Made by a program: the position numbers and the translations under genes | Shown here: positions 46,601 through 60,714 of the stretch, in pieces | Layout: the number at the start of each line of letters is the position of its first letter | How positions within the stretch are numbered: the first letter of the stretch is position 1 | From: Guillardia theta CCMP2712 | Lineage: Eukaryota; Protista; Cryptophyta | DNA: 64,000 nucleotides | Assembly: GCF_000315625.1 (NCBI RefSeq) | Contig: NW_005434670.1 | Location: 1,070,258-1,134,257 of the forward strand | Direction: 5' to 3' | The notes under the pieces: generated by a model | The model's database searches: none | The model's input: only the letters and a program-made list of their open reading frames with translations | Told to the model about the DNA's origin: nothing

Positions 46601-49600
46601 GTGCTGGGTTTGTGAAGTTTGACTCTTCATAATAAGTTGCCATCAACCCTCCTGGAATGGCCATCTGAACGAACAACTCTTGTCCCTCACGATTCTTTGT
46701 GGTTGGGATGTAACCTGCTTTGTACAAGCCATTTCCAAGAGAGCTGACACTTCCCCTGATATCTTGTTGGCCCGGCATCCGTGCGTGTATCACAAAGAGG
46801 TCATCATTACTAGACGCGTTGTTGCCAAGATGATCTCTCGCTTGAATGGTCACGTAGCTTGCAAGCCCAGCTGTGGCCAGAGACACGGCTGTGCCATAGG
46901 CTGTCGAGAGGGACCCACAAGTGTTAGCTGGATAAACGGCAAGACTGAAAGGACTCCCATGAATGTGCTCCAACGCGTAGAACAGTCGCGAGGTAGGAAC
47001 TGAACTCTGAGGTTGAGAGAGAGAATTCCATGACAGATCTATGCTTCCAGAGTTTGCGAGAGTTTTGTATTCGATCTTGATCTCTACCATGACATCTCGG
47101 ACCATCCAGACACTGGCCTGCAAGTTTGTCGTGTGTAAGCTTGTCCATTGATCAATGATCCAAGCATCATCTATCCAAAGTTTCAGCCTCTCTGTGAATG
47201 ATCCGATGTTTGCGATGAAAGTGTGCTCTTCAGCGTACTGTGAAGAAATGAAGCCACTCCACTTTGCAAATTTCGAGACAAGAGTTCCTGATTGTGACTG
47301 GCAGATACCATCGGACGACCATTGGACATTTGGTGCAGCTACTGCGATGTAGAAGGGCGAAGGAAAGGTTTCATCTTCATGACAAGCGACATTCAATCCC
47401 CCAATTCCATCAGAGGCGCTTTGAACATTCAGAGTGTAGTTTCCGCTCGTTGAGATTCTGTAAGACACAGTTGATTGTCCAAGCAAAGTGTTGGGCAACA
47501 ATGATGCATATTCAGCTCTTGCATTGTAGACTTGGTTATCTGTTCCCTGAATGAAGATTCTGTAAGTATCATCACTGTTTGTACGAATGTTTTGAAAGGC
47601 ATCCTTTGACTGAATTGAGAAAGTTGCTCCAAACCCCGCGGTAGCTATTGTCAAGGAAATCCCATCAGCTTGACATGAAGCACTCGATGTGGATCCAGGA
47701 TTCACGTTTATGACAAATTGTTTTATGCCCTTTCCAAGCGAGATCTTCAGAAAATATGTTCCTGCGACTGTCGCAAAGTAGTTGCCCACATTTCCAGTAA
47801 ACACACTGGTATAAAGTTGGATCGTTTGTGCCTGATCTGTGATCTGCAGAGCAAACTGCTCTGCGCAGACATCCTGAGGATTGGCATACACATCTCGACA
47901 TGCAATAGAGAACGAGACCGTCACGCCTGCTGTGGCGACCGAAAGTCCTTCCCCATAAAACATTGAATCTAAGAGACTTGTGTATGTGGGTGAGACCTGA
48001 ACCAGTGCAGGAGAATCACCTTCAAAAGTGATCAAACAAGGAAGAAACATGTCAGATGCAAGTAGCAAAGTTGAACTCAAAGATGCTCCAGACAGAAAGA
48101 GTCTTGGCTGCGTTGGAAATGCAAACTTGTAATCGATCATAATCTCGTAGAGTTCATACGCCTGTAAAGCTTCAAAAGTGCCTGATAGGCTTGAGACGCT
48201 TAAAGCAAGAGAATTCCATTGATCTATAAAACAAAGTCAATTCATGTTGGCACGGATTTGAAACACTACCTATTATAAGTTCACCATCAAACCATATTTT
48301 CATTCTGTCATTTGATGATTGATAAGAATTTTCCAATTGCAAGAACGTGTTGCTAGAAGTGTTCGAACGCAAGAATCCATGTATATGTACAAGATATTGA
48401 TCTTCATGCATCCCAGAAACTGTCATTGCTGCATCATCTAACAACAAGGTCTCACTGACCAAGAATGGAGAATATGCGGAATCGTTCAATATGGAATAGA
48501 AAGTTGCAAAAAGTCCCCCACCATCGACAAGATAAGCTTCAAGAGTGTGGTTGCCGGAAACATAAGGAGTGTATGTGAGATCATAAAGTCCTTTCGTCAC
48601 ATCCAGAGCAGAGACGACATGCAAATTCTTTCCCGGAGGTTGTGAAAGAAAGGCGACGATGTCTTTGTCTGAATCAGATCTCCTGTTGCCGAACGAGTCT
48701 CGAAGCAGCAGTGAGAGACTGGAGGCGAGACCGACGGTAGCCAGAGAGAGCCCTGTTCCAAACAGACTTGAGTTCGCACAAGAAGCTGTCGAGCTGATCA
48801 CTGTGAGTGGAAACGGCGACATCAAGACATGTTGTGCTGAATTGAAGAGGTTTGTAGATGGGATGACGGTCTGCAATAGACAAGTTATTGGTGTGAGTCT
48901 CAGTTTCAAGTTCTTGTACCTTCTCTTGTGACGAGGATGCATATTTCAATGACAAGTGCGCCTCACCAATTCGATGCTTGTATTCGATTCTGATGGAATG
49001 AATGGAATGCTTACTCATCCAAAGGTTTCCAACGAAAGGATCCTGCACATCGCTTTGACTGCAGACAGTTTGCATGACTTTGCATCCCATCCAATGGTAG
49101 TCTTTTTGATCAATGGTCAAAGTTACCTGATCACTGTTTCCTGCATATATGTAGAAATAATACATGTCATCGATGTCCAGCGTAAGAAAGCCTTCCCATA
49201 CGGCTGAAACATAGTCTGACATGTATGTTCTATGTTTCAGCATATCTGAACTCCAATCGTTGATATGAACGGGCCCATCATTCCATTGAAAGTCCACGAT
49301 TGACACGTTGACGTCAACAGGCTGACCCAAGAAAGCTTCGTTGTCGTAAATCATCCCCATCAATCCACCAGCCCTCAACTTTTGAACCGACAAATCAAAA
49401 GTTCCTGCTAGAGATGTCTGATAGCTTGCTACATATTCACCACAAGAAGACTCTTGTTTCTCTATAAAAACTCGATTCGCGAGGTTCAGTATCTAGGAGA
49501 TCTTTGTCAGCATATCAACAACACGCAGAAGAGTGCAATCGAACCTCATTTGTAGTGCTGGTTGACAAGGTGACTGCCCATGGATCCTCCCAGCGATCGA

Positions 49601-52600
49601 CGAGGTTCCCATAGCTGTCAACTCCTTTGATGCTGAAAGTGGATTCCACACCAGCGGTTGCGATGGTCAGCGCTGAGCCGAAGCATCGGCTCAAAGATGC
49701 GTTTGTTGCCCCCGCAATGATGTTGAGCAATCCTCCAGTGTCTGCATCAACCCATGAATCAGTCCCTTGAAAGACATCGTAAGACGAGAACGCCAAGACA
49801 CTCTCGTTTCCGAGGTGATCTTTGATCGCAAAAGACAAGGAAGGTGCCGTTGTGCTGTTCCCAATGTACCGATACTCCAGCTGGATAGGATGGAAGTCCA
49901 TCGTAGAGCCGAAGTAAACAGTTGCGGAAGGGTCAGTCATAGATAGAGAACTCCATTCATCGATAAGAATTGCTCCATCGACCCACAACTTCAGTCGCTC
50001 CACTTCCTGAGTCTTGTTGGATAGCAACAAGCTGAAGGTGTACTCGTCGATCTGTAAGCTCTTCACGAAGCCTCTCCACATAACTCCGAACGGGTCAGTT
50101 CCTGTCCCAGTGCCTTGGGTGCAATTTATATCGCTCGCAATGCAGATGGTTGCCGGGAGACTTGTAAAATCACCTATCGACTGGATCGATTCTCTGCTTT
50201 TGCTGGACAAAATTGTGGAATAATCATACTGTTCTAGAGTATAAAAAGTAGCAGACAATCCTTCCTGCGATGACATTTCAGAAGAACAAATAAAACTACT
50301 CAAAAGAAAGGATCAACCTGAACAAGATTTTGCACCATCAACTTGTATACTCCAGTCTTATTTGTGACAACATTGAAAGAATAAGTTCCATCGCCGTCAT
50401 CTTTGACCACACCGTAATTGATCTGACAACCTGGACAGGAATAGGATGTTGAGTTTTTGATTGGTTTCATGCTGTCCCAGACATCTGCAGGAAGCAACCA
50501 ACCAAGCCACTGATCTCCGCCCTGAGACTTCCTGTTTCCAAATTCATCTCGTGTGATCAAAGCGAAGGAAACATTTTGCCCTGCAGATGCATATTGCATC
50601 TCAGGCAGTTGTACAAAACTCGTTGAAGCACAAAGAATTCCTGGATAAAATTCTACACTATCATGGCTGCTGACCATCCAATCCCCAAACACACTATTGT
50701 CAATGTCGACAAAAGATTCGTCACAAAAGGATTGTGAACACTGCTTCCATGATATCTCCCAGTCATCCGTCAAGCTTGATCTATAGAAATACTCAATTGT
50801 AAAATCGAAATATGACGCAGCCTGACGACTTTCAACTTGTTCTTCAAGATCAGTCAGATCCTCTTGCTCCGTAGAATCAATCACAATCTGATTGTCGAAC
50901 CAAAAGCGAAGTTTTGGAACAATTCCCGTCGATGCGAGCTTGAATGTAAAAACTTGTACCTCAACATCATATATTTTCGGTCTTAATAAGCCTTGCCACC
51001 GAATAAAATTCCATAGCGAAGGAAGTTGGTCAGTCATGATAGCATTTGTCTTGTAACTGTTCACCATCCTAGATTCTATTGGAGTCGGAATCGCGTCATC
51101 GCTGTAAAACGTTGCGTACAATGTCTGCGCTATTGCCAACGAGACAGAAGTCTTGTAAGAACCGGCAAGGGTAACAACACCGTAGGCGAGGTGGTTGCCC
51201 GACCATGGATAAAAGAAAGATGAGGGAGTGTTTTGAAAGACTTGACTTGACGCAGCGCTGCTCCATTTCAAAGGCATCACCCTGCATGGATGAAAAATTC
51301 AGGATGGTTGAAGTGTAACAACATAACAAAAGTTTTACCTGTTTGTACTATTAGAGAAGCTCGAAAGAACAATCTTGATCGGATGGAGTACAGGGTATGA
51401 ATCAGTCACATTGACAGTGCATGTCAGATTCATGGACTGTAAAGAAGTCCATTGATCAATCAGAAGGATGTCGTCAATCCACAACTTTAGGCGTTCAATG
51501 ACGTTAGGATCTGAAGGCTCGAAGTCTATCGAGAAGTTGTAGACCCCTTGATCAGGAAATGAAATCGACCCTTGGAAGTCCACTCGGTATGTATCCGTCA
51601 AATAACTTGCAAGAGACCGTCGGGCTGATTGAATTAACGGTGTGTTTTCAAAGGGAACTTCTTGACATGGAGACTCTGCGAGGCAAGAAGAGCTCCAGAT
51701 AGGAAAGGCAACATCTTGAGAGCTTGAGTAGTACGTAGCTGACAACCCTCCGTCAGAGGAAAGAGAACTCATGGAGTTGAGATAGAGCTTTGATGCCGGA
51801 TTGTCAGGGAGGTTTGGTATATAGCGAGCGAAGAATTCAGGTTCTCCGTAAGACAAGTCCTGTAATCTTGTGGCGTCTTTCACTGAAGGGTTGTAAATGA
51901 CATATCTTGAACCCACTGGTGGAATAGAAGTAGGAGTCTCCAGGAAGACTGTGTTATCATTTGAATTGTCGATGATTCTGCGGTTGTCTCCAGTCTCATG
52001 GAAATGTATGTACATGTCAACTAAGATCCTTCCATGAATTGCCGATACGTTGTCGAGCTTAATTTCCGTTGCCGAGACAACTTGTAGGATGGTTCCAGAA
52101 CGAACGAGGTCGCACAAAGACCATTCGAAAGGAAGGACTCCATTGTCAGGCCCTTTCCTCTCGTTTCCATAGGCATCTCGACTCTGTATGGTAAAACTTA
52201 CCAACACTCCTGCTGTTGCAATCGAGATGGACGTCCCTGACGCTCTTGATTGACTCGCACAAGATTTTCCAGCCTCCACCCTCAGCAAGCTGCTCCTCAG
52301 GCCCCCCGAGCTACTCCAGTAAGCCAGGTATGCCTTTGAGACTACTTGCTCAGCTTGTTGTTGGCTCCTCCAGAGAAGGCGGATGGGCCCATCGGACGTG
52401 AACCTTTGGTACTCAATGCGGATTGGATACATGAGTTGCGACATCAGAGCTATGGTTCCTTCGACAAAACTCGCCAACTGACCCAAGAAATCATGGCGGA
52501 TCGAAAGAATCAGAAGATCGTCGATGAATAACTTGGCACCACTCGCAGCAGGCAGCTCCATCTACGGTAGAGGTCAACACAACTGTTAGACGGACATCGC

Positions 52601-55600
52601 ACTGCAAGCAATACCTTGAATGTCCAAACAGCGCTTGCAGGTGGAATGATCAAACCAGCCCACCTGACGCTGAAGAAATCTGGCCCGATATCCTTGAAGG
52701 TCACCTGTGGCCCGGGGACTGGACGTTCTGTTTTCTTCCAGTTGAAATCGATGACTTCATCCACCCTTGAGTAACTTGGGCCTGCGACCGAGCCGTTGGG
52801 AGACAAGCCATGGTCGGTGAAGTCTGTGTTTTCATAGTAAATCCCTTGCAGACCTCCTGTCTTGAGCAAACGTCCGAGCAGCTTAAGCATAAAAGATGTC
52901 ATAAAAACAAACAGAGTTGTCGTAGACCTTACCTCATAGATTCCTGATTCGTTGAGTACATAGTCAAAAGTTGCATTCATTGTCAACGTCAGGTTTTGCA
53001 CAATGCGGAGCTTGGTTGCAGTCAAGGTAGAATTCCAGTCATCTTGCAAATGAGTCGAAGCTTGCAGATATTGGTTGGATGAAAGGTTGGACACGAAGAA
53101 TTCCATTTGACAGAGACCGTCACATAAGCTTTCGCAGTCGTTCCCGAACCTATCTTTAGCATGCACATGAAACGACGAAGCTACGCCAGCCGTGGTTAAT
53201 GATATCCCAGTGCCCGCTATGAAAGAATGATTCGTTGCAATTTCAGATGGTTTGACTGCTAAGTCATAAGGACTGCCACGGACCTGAAAAAGCCATTAGA
53301 AATTTCTTTGTGCGACGCATGAAATTTTGACTTCACCTCATGTGCCTGGTACATTCTCGCGGTCGATATGGACGAGAAGTTGCTAGAATTTGCCGCCCAT
53401 TTCAAAACATATCGCGACATAGTCAAGTTGCAACCGAAACAAGTCAATCTGGCCTCTAGTCTTGCAAAGGAGTTTTGCAACTCAATTGAAGTTTGTGTAA
53501 ATGAAGCGGTTTTGTTACACGATGCGTCATATACTTCGGTGACAAGAATGTTGTTCAACCAAATCTCATAGCAAAACTCTATCAGGTGTAATCAGGTATG
53601 CTTCATGTTCTTCAAGAAAACAAGCTTACCTTGAAGAGAAGAATTGTCGCTGATGGCAAAAAAGAAACTTCCGTTCTGCGGTGGCAAAATGATGCCTTCA
53701 ATAGAGATAATGTAAAATGACAAGCCCGAGTTAACTGCTTCGTCGATATTCTGAGTGACCAAAGAGCTCGTCTGTGTATCCTCAAAAGCCATCGACGACA
53801 AGTAGTAGGTCGTCGTCAGCCCACCATGATCTAACAACATGGATAAAACTAGATTGACTGTCGACCTGTATGGAAACGAGGTGAATTCCACGCATGAGGG
53901 ATCGCTGGTATATGTTGCAGAAAGAATCGCATCTGGAACAGCCCATGACAAACTGCTGTCATGTGGAACTCTCAGAGCTGCGAAAATGTAATTCGTATTT
54001 GCAAGCACTTCGTTGCCATATTGATCTCTAATGTAAATCTGGAATGATTGACTCATGCCTGCCGTCGCTATAGAGAGCGAAGCAGATTGCATATACGAAC
54101 TTGTCGCGCATTGTGAAGCAGGCTCAACGTGTATGGAGAAAGGAAGTCCTCCTACAACTCCATCGTACATGCTCGAAGTTCCAGCAATGCTCAGCAGATA
54201 TTCTCCAGCTCGTGTCATCTGATATTGGACAATCAAGTAAGAACCTTGAGCTGGATCAAAAGGGGGGGAAGACGTCCGTGACTGAACAATCAAACCAGTC
54301 CCCCTCTCAACAAATGTGCACAAGAAGCTCTCTGTCCACTTTGGATTCCAAGACTTGAGGTTGCCGAATGTATCTCGAGCAACAAGAGTAACTTTTGATA
54401 GATCTCCAGCTGTTGCAAGAGTCAGCCCAACCCCCAAAGCTGAGCTGCTTCTTATGCTTCTGTGCGATGGTTGAACATTCAGCCGAAAAGGTGAGTTGTA
54501 CACCAAAGAAGTTCCAATTGCAACTCTGACGTCGTAAGTGCCTGCTTTCGTAGCTGCAAACGAAATCTGACGTGATTCGTTCGATTGAGAAATCACGTTT
54601 CCTGCAAGCGTGTCTGCTCCTACCAGCCTGACATTGACAGGATCAGAGAATTGTGAGAAAGATGTCGGATTTCCATATTGATCCCGTGCATTCACGAGGA
54701 ATGAAAATTGTTTGCCTGCAGTACCATTGGGAAAATTTGTCCCATCCAGAGGAAGCATGGAAAATTCATTCAGTGACACATAACTACGGCTTGAGCAAAC
54801 TTGGGATGGCCGCACGTTCAACAAGTATGGTCTATCTTGCCAGCTACCCTTTCCAAAAATGTCACAAGACTGCATGAATGTAGGTTGCATTTGAGCAGAT
54901 TCCCATAATAAGCTGAATGAGCGAGGGGTGTTGGTGATGGTGTCAAAAATTCGAACTTGTAAGGAGAAATCGTAAAAGTTGGTGGCATCCATACGGACTT
55001 CAGAGCTCGTCAACACATTTGCCGTAGAGACCGATTCATTGTGCAGGATTACACTCTCGTCCAGCAGGACTGTGATGCTGAAATTTGACATCCCCTGGAC
55101 CTGGTCCACTGAGAACCTGTAGTTGTCCGAGAGTGCAGGTTTTACAGCTCCGCCTACTTTCACCTTGAGACATGGTACATGAGAACGGTTAGAGAATACA
55201 AATCGACCAGAGCTCAGGAGCTCTTGACTTTCAGTCAGCACAGGCAAGTCTGAGGTATCGTAATACGTTGCAGTAAGCTGACAGCTTGATAGCAAATCAA
55301 GGTTCAGCAGTGACTGCCGTTCAGCCTCAAGAAGAACATATTGAAACTCATAGCTGCCATCGAGATTGTCTTGCACAGATGGTTTCGTGATTTTGTTTTC
55401 ATTGCAGCTGGCAAAAGGAATCCAGGAACCTGGATAAATGCATTCATTCGTAACAATCTGGATGAAGAAAGTGTCTCCTCCTTGCGTCTTCAGATTTCCA
55501 AAATCATCTCTTGCTATGATTGTGAGGCGACTGAGACTTCCTGCCGTCGCCAGAGTCAAGCTATCTCCTGTCACAGAGCACAAAGATGCAGACGTTCTCC

Positions 55601-56387
55601 CTGGCATGACATCAACTTCTATAGGAGAGCCCAACACAGTCTGGGCATAAAACAGATGATCCGGCGGCACAACCTCTTTGGGCACGGACTTGCTCTTCCA
55701 TAGCAAGCGCACGTGCGCATCTGCTTCTAACTCCTTGTACTCCATTCGAAAACTGTAGAAACGAGTTGCTGACATTGACATGGTGGCACCTACCCCTGCA
55801 CATCTTACATCCCAACAATCTACCAAGACCACGTCATTAATCCACAACTTGGCTGAATCATCCGCCTCCACGAAGAATGTGAAGACCTCTGAGAAAGCAG
55901 ACTTGATCCTTCCTGTCCAACGAACGCTGAAGAAATCTGGACCAACAGTCAGCACCTTGCTCTTGCCCCACTCATGGGAGATTTGTTTCTCTATCAAGAC
56001 TTCAGATGGCGTGTAGAACAGCCAAACATTCTCGAAATATTCGGCTCGCAACCCTCCGACTGAGAGCAGGTGCACATGTAAATTGTACTTTCCACTTGTT
56101 GAAAGAGTGTATTCCACCTCGTAAGATCCGTCCAAGAGATCAAGAACTGACCCAGCTGAACTTGTTTGGTCCGAAGTAGCAACTACCTCGAAAATGTCTC
56201 CTCCACTTGTCTTACGAATTGATAGACTGTCATGGGCGAAGACTGAGAACTTTACAACAACACCAGCTGTCTGGAGGGGTAAGATCCCTTCCCCCGACAG
56301 GGAAGATTTTGAGGCATCGGTGATTTCACTCGCAGAGATCAACAGGCCAAGGTGGCATATTTGCAGGAGAGTTTCCAAGAGTCTCAT
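40700..56387 (-). CDS. Giant (~5000 aa) secreted protein of alternating filamin/ABP280-type Ig repeats and ~16 PA14 domains
   Basis: Signal-like MRLLETLLQICHLGLLISA; recurring PA14 motif GGLxATYY...FSVRWxG...ERxKLWxD..IIDQW and filamin motif GxGLSxATAG..F.I.xRDxFGN..GGD...GSPF. ORF pieces are joined by short introns; ends ...DGSPTLVNLYA*. Confidence 0.88.
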
Positions 56388-56831
56388 CGCAACATCAAGT
56401 GCAAAAGGATGATGCAACAAGAAGGGGTTAAATCAACTTTCTATCGTTAGAAGAGAATTTCAAACAAACAGCTTTCACATGCAAGAACGAGATCACTTCA
56501 CTTTGTGACTGAGATGCGCTCAGTGAGCTAGAGGGCAGGTCGTTCATGTCTTCGCTTCCCCTTCCTGGTATCGATCTGCGTGCTTCCAGGCAGCCTCGCG
56601 TCTTCCTCCTCGCTCCCTCCTCTTCCTCCTCTTCGTTGATGCTGCCATGGATCCTCGACTGGTCGTCTATCCGGCAGTTTTTTTAAAACTTTTTGACAGA
56701 CGGTCAAATTTTGATAGATAGATGAGGAAATGCACGAAACAAGAAAGGATCTTGTTGATGAGAACAGGTCGCATACGCTTGTATGTTACGCTATGGCTAC
56801 ACCTCTGACACTCTTATTTACACTTCTAGTT

Positions 56832-59800
56832 CTACAGCAATCTCCCGACTCCTTTAGCGTTCAAGTTAGTTGACGCCAAGGAAAATTCTGCTGTTTGAGC
56901 CGCTCCCGTTGAATCGCGTGCTTGCAAGGCATACCGAGGGACGCTGCCGCGGATCAGATATTTGAATCGCTTCATGCTTTCGAGCGACTGATCGGCCGAT
57001 GCTTCATGCTCCTTGAAGTCTCGGTTGGCCTTGAAAGATAAGGCCTGGGTTCCCAGCTCATCTTGACTCTTCCTTCGATAGGCATCGTGCATACAGTCCG
57101 AGGCTTCATCGGATGAATCAGAACCCTGGAGCTGATGCTCTTGTTCCAGGTCATCGGCATCGGAGCAAAAAGTTTGAGATTGTTCCACATCGTCATCAGA
57201 ACAAACAGTGTTAGAATCTGCGTTTGACGGTTGATCCAGACTGGGTTCGTTCGACTCCTCGTCCACATCAGAACCCGTGGCCTTCACAAGAGACTCCAAC
57301 GCTTCGCCTTCAGAGCCGAATTCAGATTTGTCCTCACTGTATGAATCGGCTGAAGTGTCTGTAACCGGGCTATCGAGCGACTGCCGCGAGCTATCTTTAC
57401 CTGCCTCTGGTTCCTCCGAATCAAAATAAGGTGGGTTTTGAAAAAGGATTACTCTTTCAGCGAATAGATCTTTTTGACCTGTCTCATGTAAAACACAATC
57501 TTCTGCGGTGATAGATTCATCATCCACGATGACAATCTGAGATTTCAATTCTTCGTAAGGAATTCCTTCACCAGTGTGATTATCTCTCTTGGTGGCTTGA
57601 ATGGGTCTTGAACCATCTGTTTCCTTTTCCGCTTTTACTTCCCCTATGGTCTTGCACCTGTTTCTTGCAAGAAACGTACAGAGTGATAGTAATACCAGCA
57701 GACCAGCAAGCCCAGCGTAGAGGACAAAGAATGGAAACCCTGCAGACTGAGAAGCAAATGGAGTATGTGTTGTTCTGTCTTCAACGTTGGCAACTGAAAC
57801 AAAAAAGCTCCCTGTAACATTTGAATCTGCGATTGAAATATTGGTGATCGAAAGCATATTTTGAAACGTTGATGAAATACTCTGATTGTCCCAACTATCA
57901 AACGTGGATACATTTACACAAGCTTCTGTCATTGTCGTCGATTTGACTTGTCCTGTTGGACAACTCGAGCATGTCGTCAAGCCTGGTGCTGGTGCAATCT
58001 GATTTTGAGGACAGAAGTAGCAGCGGGTGCTTGCTGTCTTTGACGCATACTTCCCTATCTGACATTGCACGCAATGAGTTGCCATGTGGCCTGGGTGGCT
58101 GCCGTTGCTGAAGGATCCTGGTTCACAAGAGACGCAACTAGAAGATCCGTCCATGGGAGCAACCCATCCTGGTTGACAGTACAAGCAAGTGCTGGCAGAT
58201 TGCGACGAGTAAGTGCCTCTCGTACAGTTGTCACACCTTGAGTTGTTCACTTCGTACTTGCCAGCCGCGCATGCCAAGCACAAAACAGATCCAGTCGCAG
58301 CAGAAATCTTTCCTGGCGGACAACTTGGGCCTGATGCATACTCAGTTGAGAATCAAAGTATGGAAGGAATTGCAGAAACTTACAGAATGTTGAAGCTGGA
58401 GACGGTTGAAATGTTCCAGCTGGACAGTAGTGACAGAGTACAGTGTCATTGGTATTTGAATATTTTCCAGCGGTACAAGCCTGACACGTGGAGCTGCCTG
58501 ACATCATAGCAAAATATCCGGGCAAGCATCCTGAGCAGAACGTGCTCCCGTATGATTGCGAGTACTTGCCCTGTTAGATGAGGTCAAATGTGGAGAATCA
58601 AAAGGATTAAGTATTGTTGGAATACCTGCACACACTCTTTGCAATAAGTAAGACCACGTTGATCTCCATAATATCCTGGTGTACACTTTTCGCAATTCTT
58701 TGTAGAAGTTTGTTTATACCCCATGGCACAGCCCTGAAGGTACACCATGTATAAAGTCGGAGAACTTTGCTTTACCATCCAAGCAAGCACTAGATTTTCG
58801 ACTGCCGCTATTCCATAACCATTCGACTCAACTTGAAAGGGGATCAAGGACGCAACAGGAGGCGGCGAGCCATCAAACAGCGACAAAGGATAAATCTTCT
58901 GTCCCAGAAAAAAGCTATCGGACGGATTCCAATTCAATGATAGCAAACCCCATATCCCCTTCACAAAGCTCGACGATGCAAGCACAATAGAAGAATATTG
59001 TCCACTCCCGTCCACCCCAATATCTATTCTGCCAAATTCAGTTTGGAAGAAATTGCCTGCAATAGTTATTGATCCAATCCCATTCGAGTACCCAGGCTTT
59101 ATGCTTCCGTTGTTGAAGATTGTGATGTATTGACCTTGTCCAAAAATCTGGCATAGTAGTCAGTCGATAGAGAGGGAGAAATCATGAGAGATGGATTACC
59201 GTTGCTTCACCTTCCAAGGAACCATCAAAGATGTTGATACAATTTCCTCTGGATACAGAGCATCTCAGCGTCGTTGTCGAATCTGTTTGGATTATGCTGC
59301 TACTCTTGCGTTGTATGATAGAGCTCCAAACCAGTTGAACTACAACGCCCTGTAAAGAAAGAGTTCCTTCGTTGATGAGATCAATGCCATAGAACACGAT
59401 TGTAGGGGGAGGACTGCCTCCACCACCAGGTAGAAATATACCAGAGATTGCTATTGCACTTTGATTATTGTTGTCAAAGAAACCAGGGCCACCTATCAAT
59501 GATACCTGGCCCTGACACTCTGCATACAATGGGCCCTTGAAATAAACATTCCCATACACAATCAAATTTCCAGGAATTACAAAATTTGCTCTTTCAAAAG
59601 TGACATTGAGCTGTAAGATCAATTCAGTATTCTTCCCCAAGATCATGTCTTTCTGATCCTTCTTTTGTTCATATGTTGATCCTTTTGCTGGACCTCGTAT
59701 CACGATGCTGCACAGAGAAAGTCTACCCCCGACCATCTCCAGTTGCCCACTTTCCAAGTCCAGCAAGTTGACGGCATTGGACAAGCACAAGCTGCTAATC

Positions 59801-60714
59801 AAGCCATACTGCCGAAATATCCCAGAAGCTGAAACTCTCCCCTGTATGATCTGAATGTCTAGTACGCTCGTGCCAGAAAGCACATGAACAGAAGGTGTGC
59901 AAGGAGAGCATTGAGAAATTCTCGTAAAGCTCACTAGTCCAGTCCCTCCTCTCAAACTTGAGCTCGAATGCATCGAAAACTTTGAAGGATTGGAATCATG
60001 AATGACCAAGTCGCTCTGGTTTTGCAAGGTGAGAACTCCGCTAACATCAAGTCTCCCCAACGAGTACAGCGCTACTCCTTGTGACAGAATCAATTCACCC
60101 TGTTCGTCTACCGACATGTTCCCGTACAGTGTCGAAGATCTTGCATACAATGAAAGGCTTCCGCAGAGCAGGGAGATCGTGCCATTGCACAGCACCTGAG
60201 AGTAGATGTTCGCACTGACTGTACATACCGAGAGGATGCCGTCCAGTAGCAAAGCATCTCCTTGCAGCCCTGCTTTATCCCCCACGCTGATTGAGCTGAC
60301 GTTTAGGGAGGTTATAGAGCTTTCGGACAAGGACATGAAGTTTATGATTTCAAACTGATCTCCTCTTATGACCAGGTTGACCATGTCTCCGACGAACATC
60401 GACCCAGCTTTGAGCAAGACATTCCTTGAAATAATCAAAGTGATGCTCACAGGCGGGAGACTGAATTTGTCTGAAACATTAACAAAGAAGTGAAGAGAGC
60501 TGACAGAGACATTCAAGTCTATGATTATGACGAGAGAATCGTGGACAGCAAATATTGCTGAAGTGTTCTGCCCCGGGATTCCATTGCTCCAATTGTTCTG
60601 ATCAGTCCAAGACCTGATCGAATTCCCTCTATCTATCCAGAAACTTTCCGTGGAGAGAGCTTGAACGTAGAACATCATAAACAATACACACCTTGCAGCC
60701 AAGAAGAAATTCAT
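56832..60714 (-). CDS. Type I membrane protein: signal peptide, beta-strand-rich ectodomain, GCC2/GCC3 (ephrin-receptor-like/TNFR-like) Cys repeats, one TM helix and an acidic tail
   Basis: MNFFLAARCVLFMMFYVQALS; SWTDQNNWSNGIP; repeated CxxCxxGxY/F; TM FPFFVLYAGLAGLLVLLSLCTFLA followed by RNRCK and a D/E/S-rich region. Confidence 0.82.
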
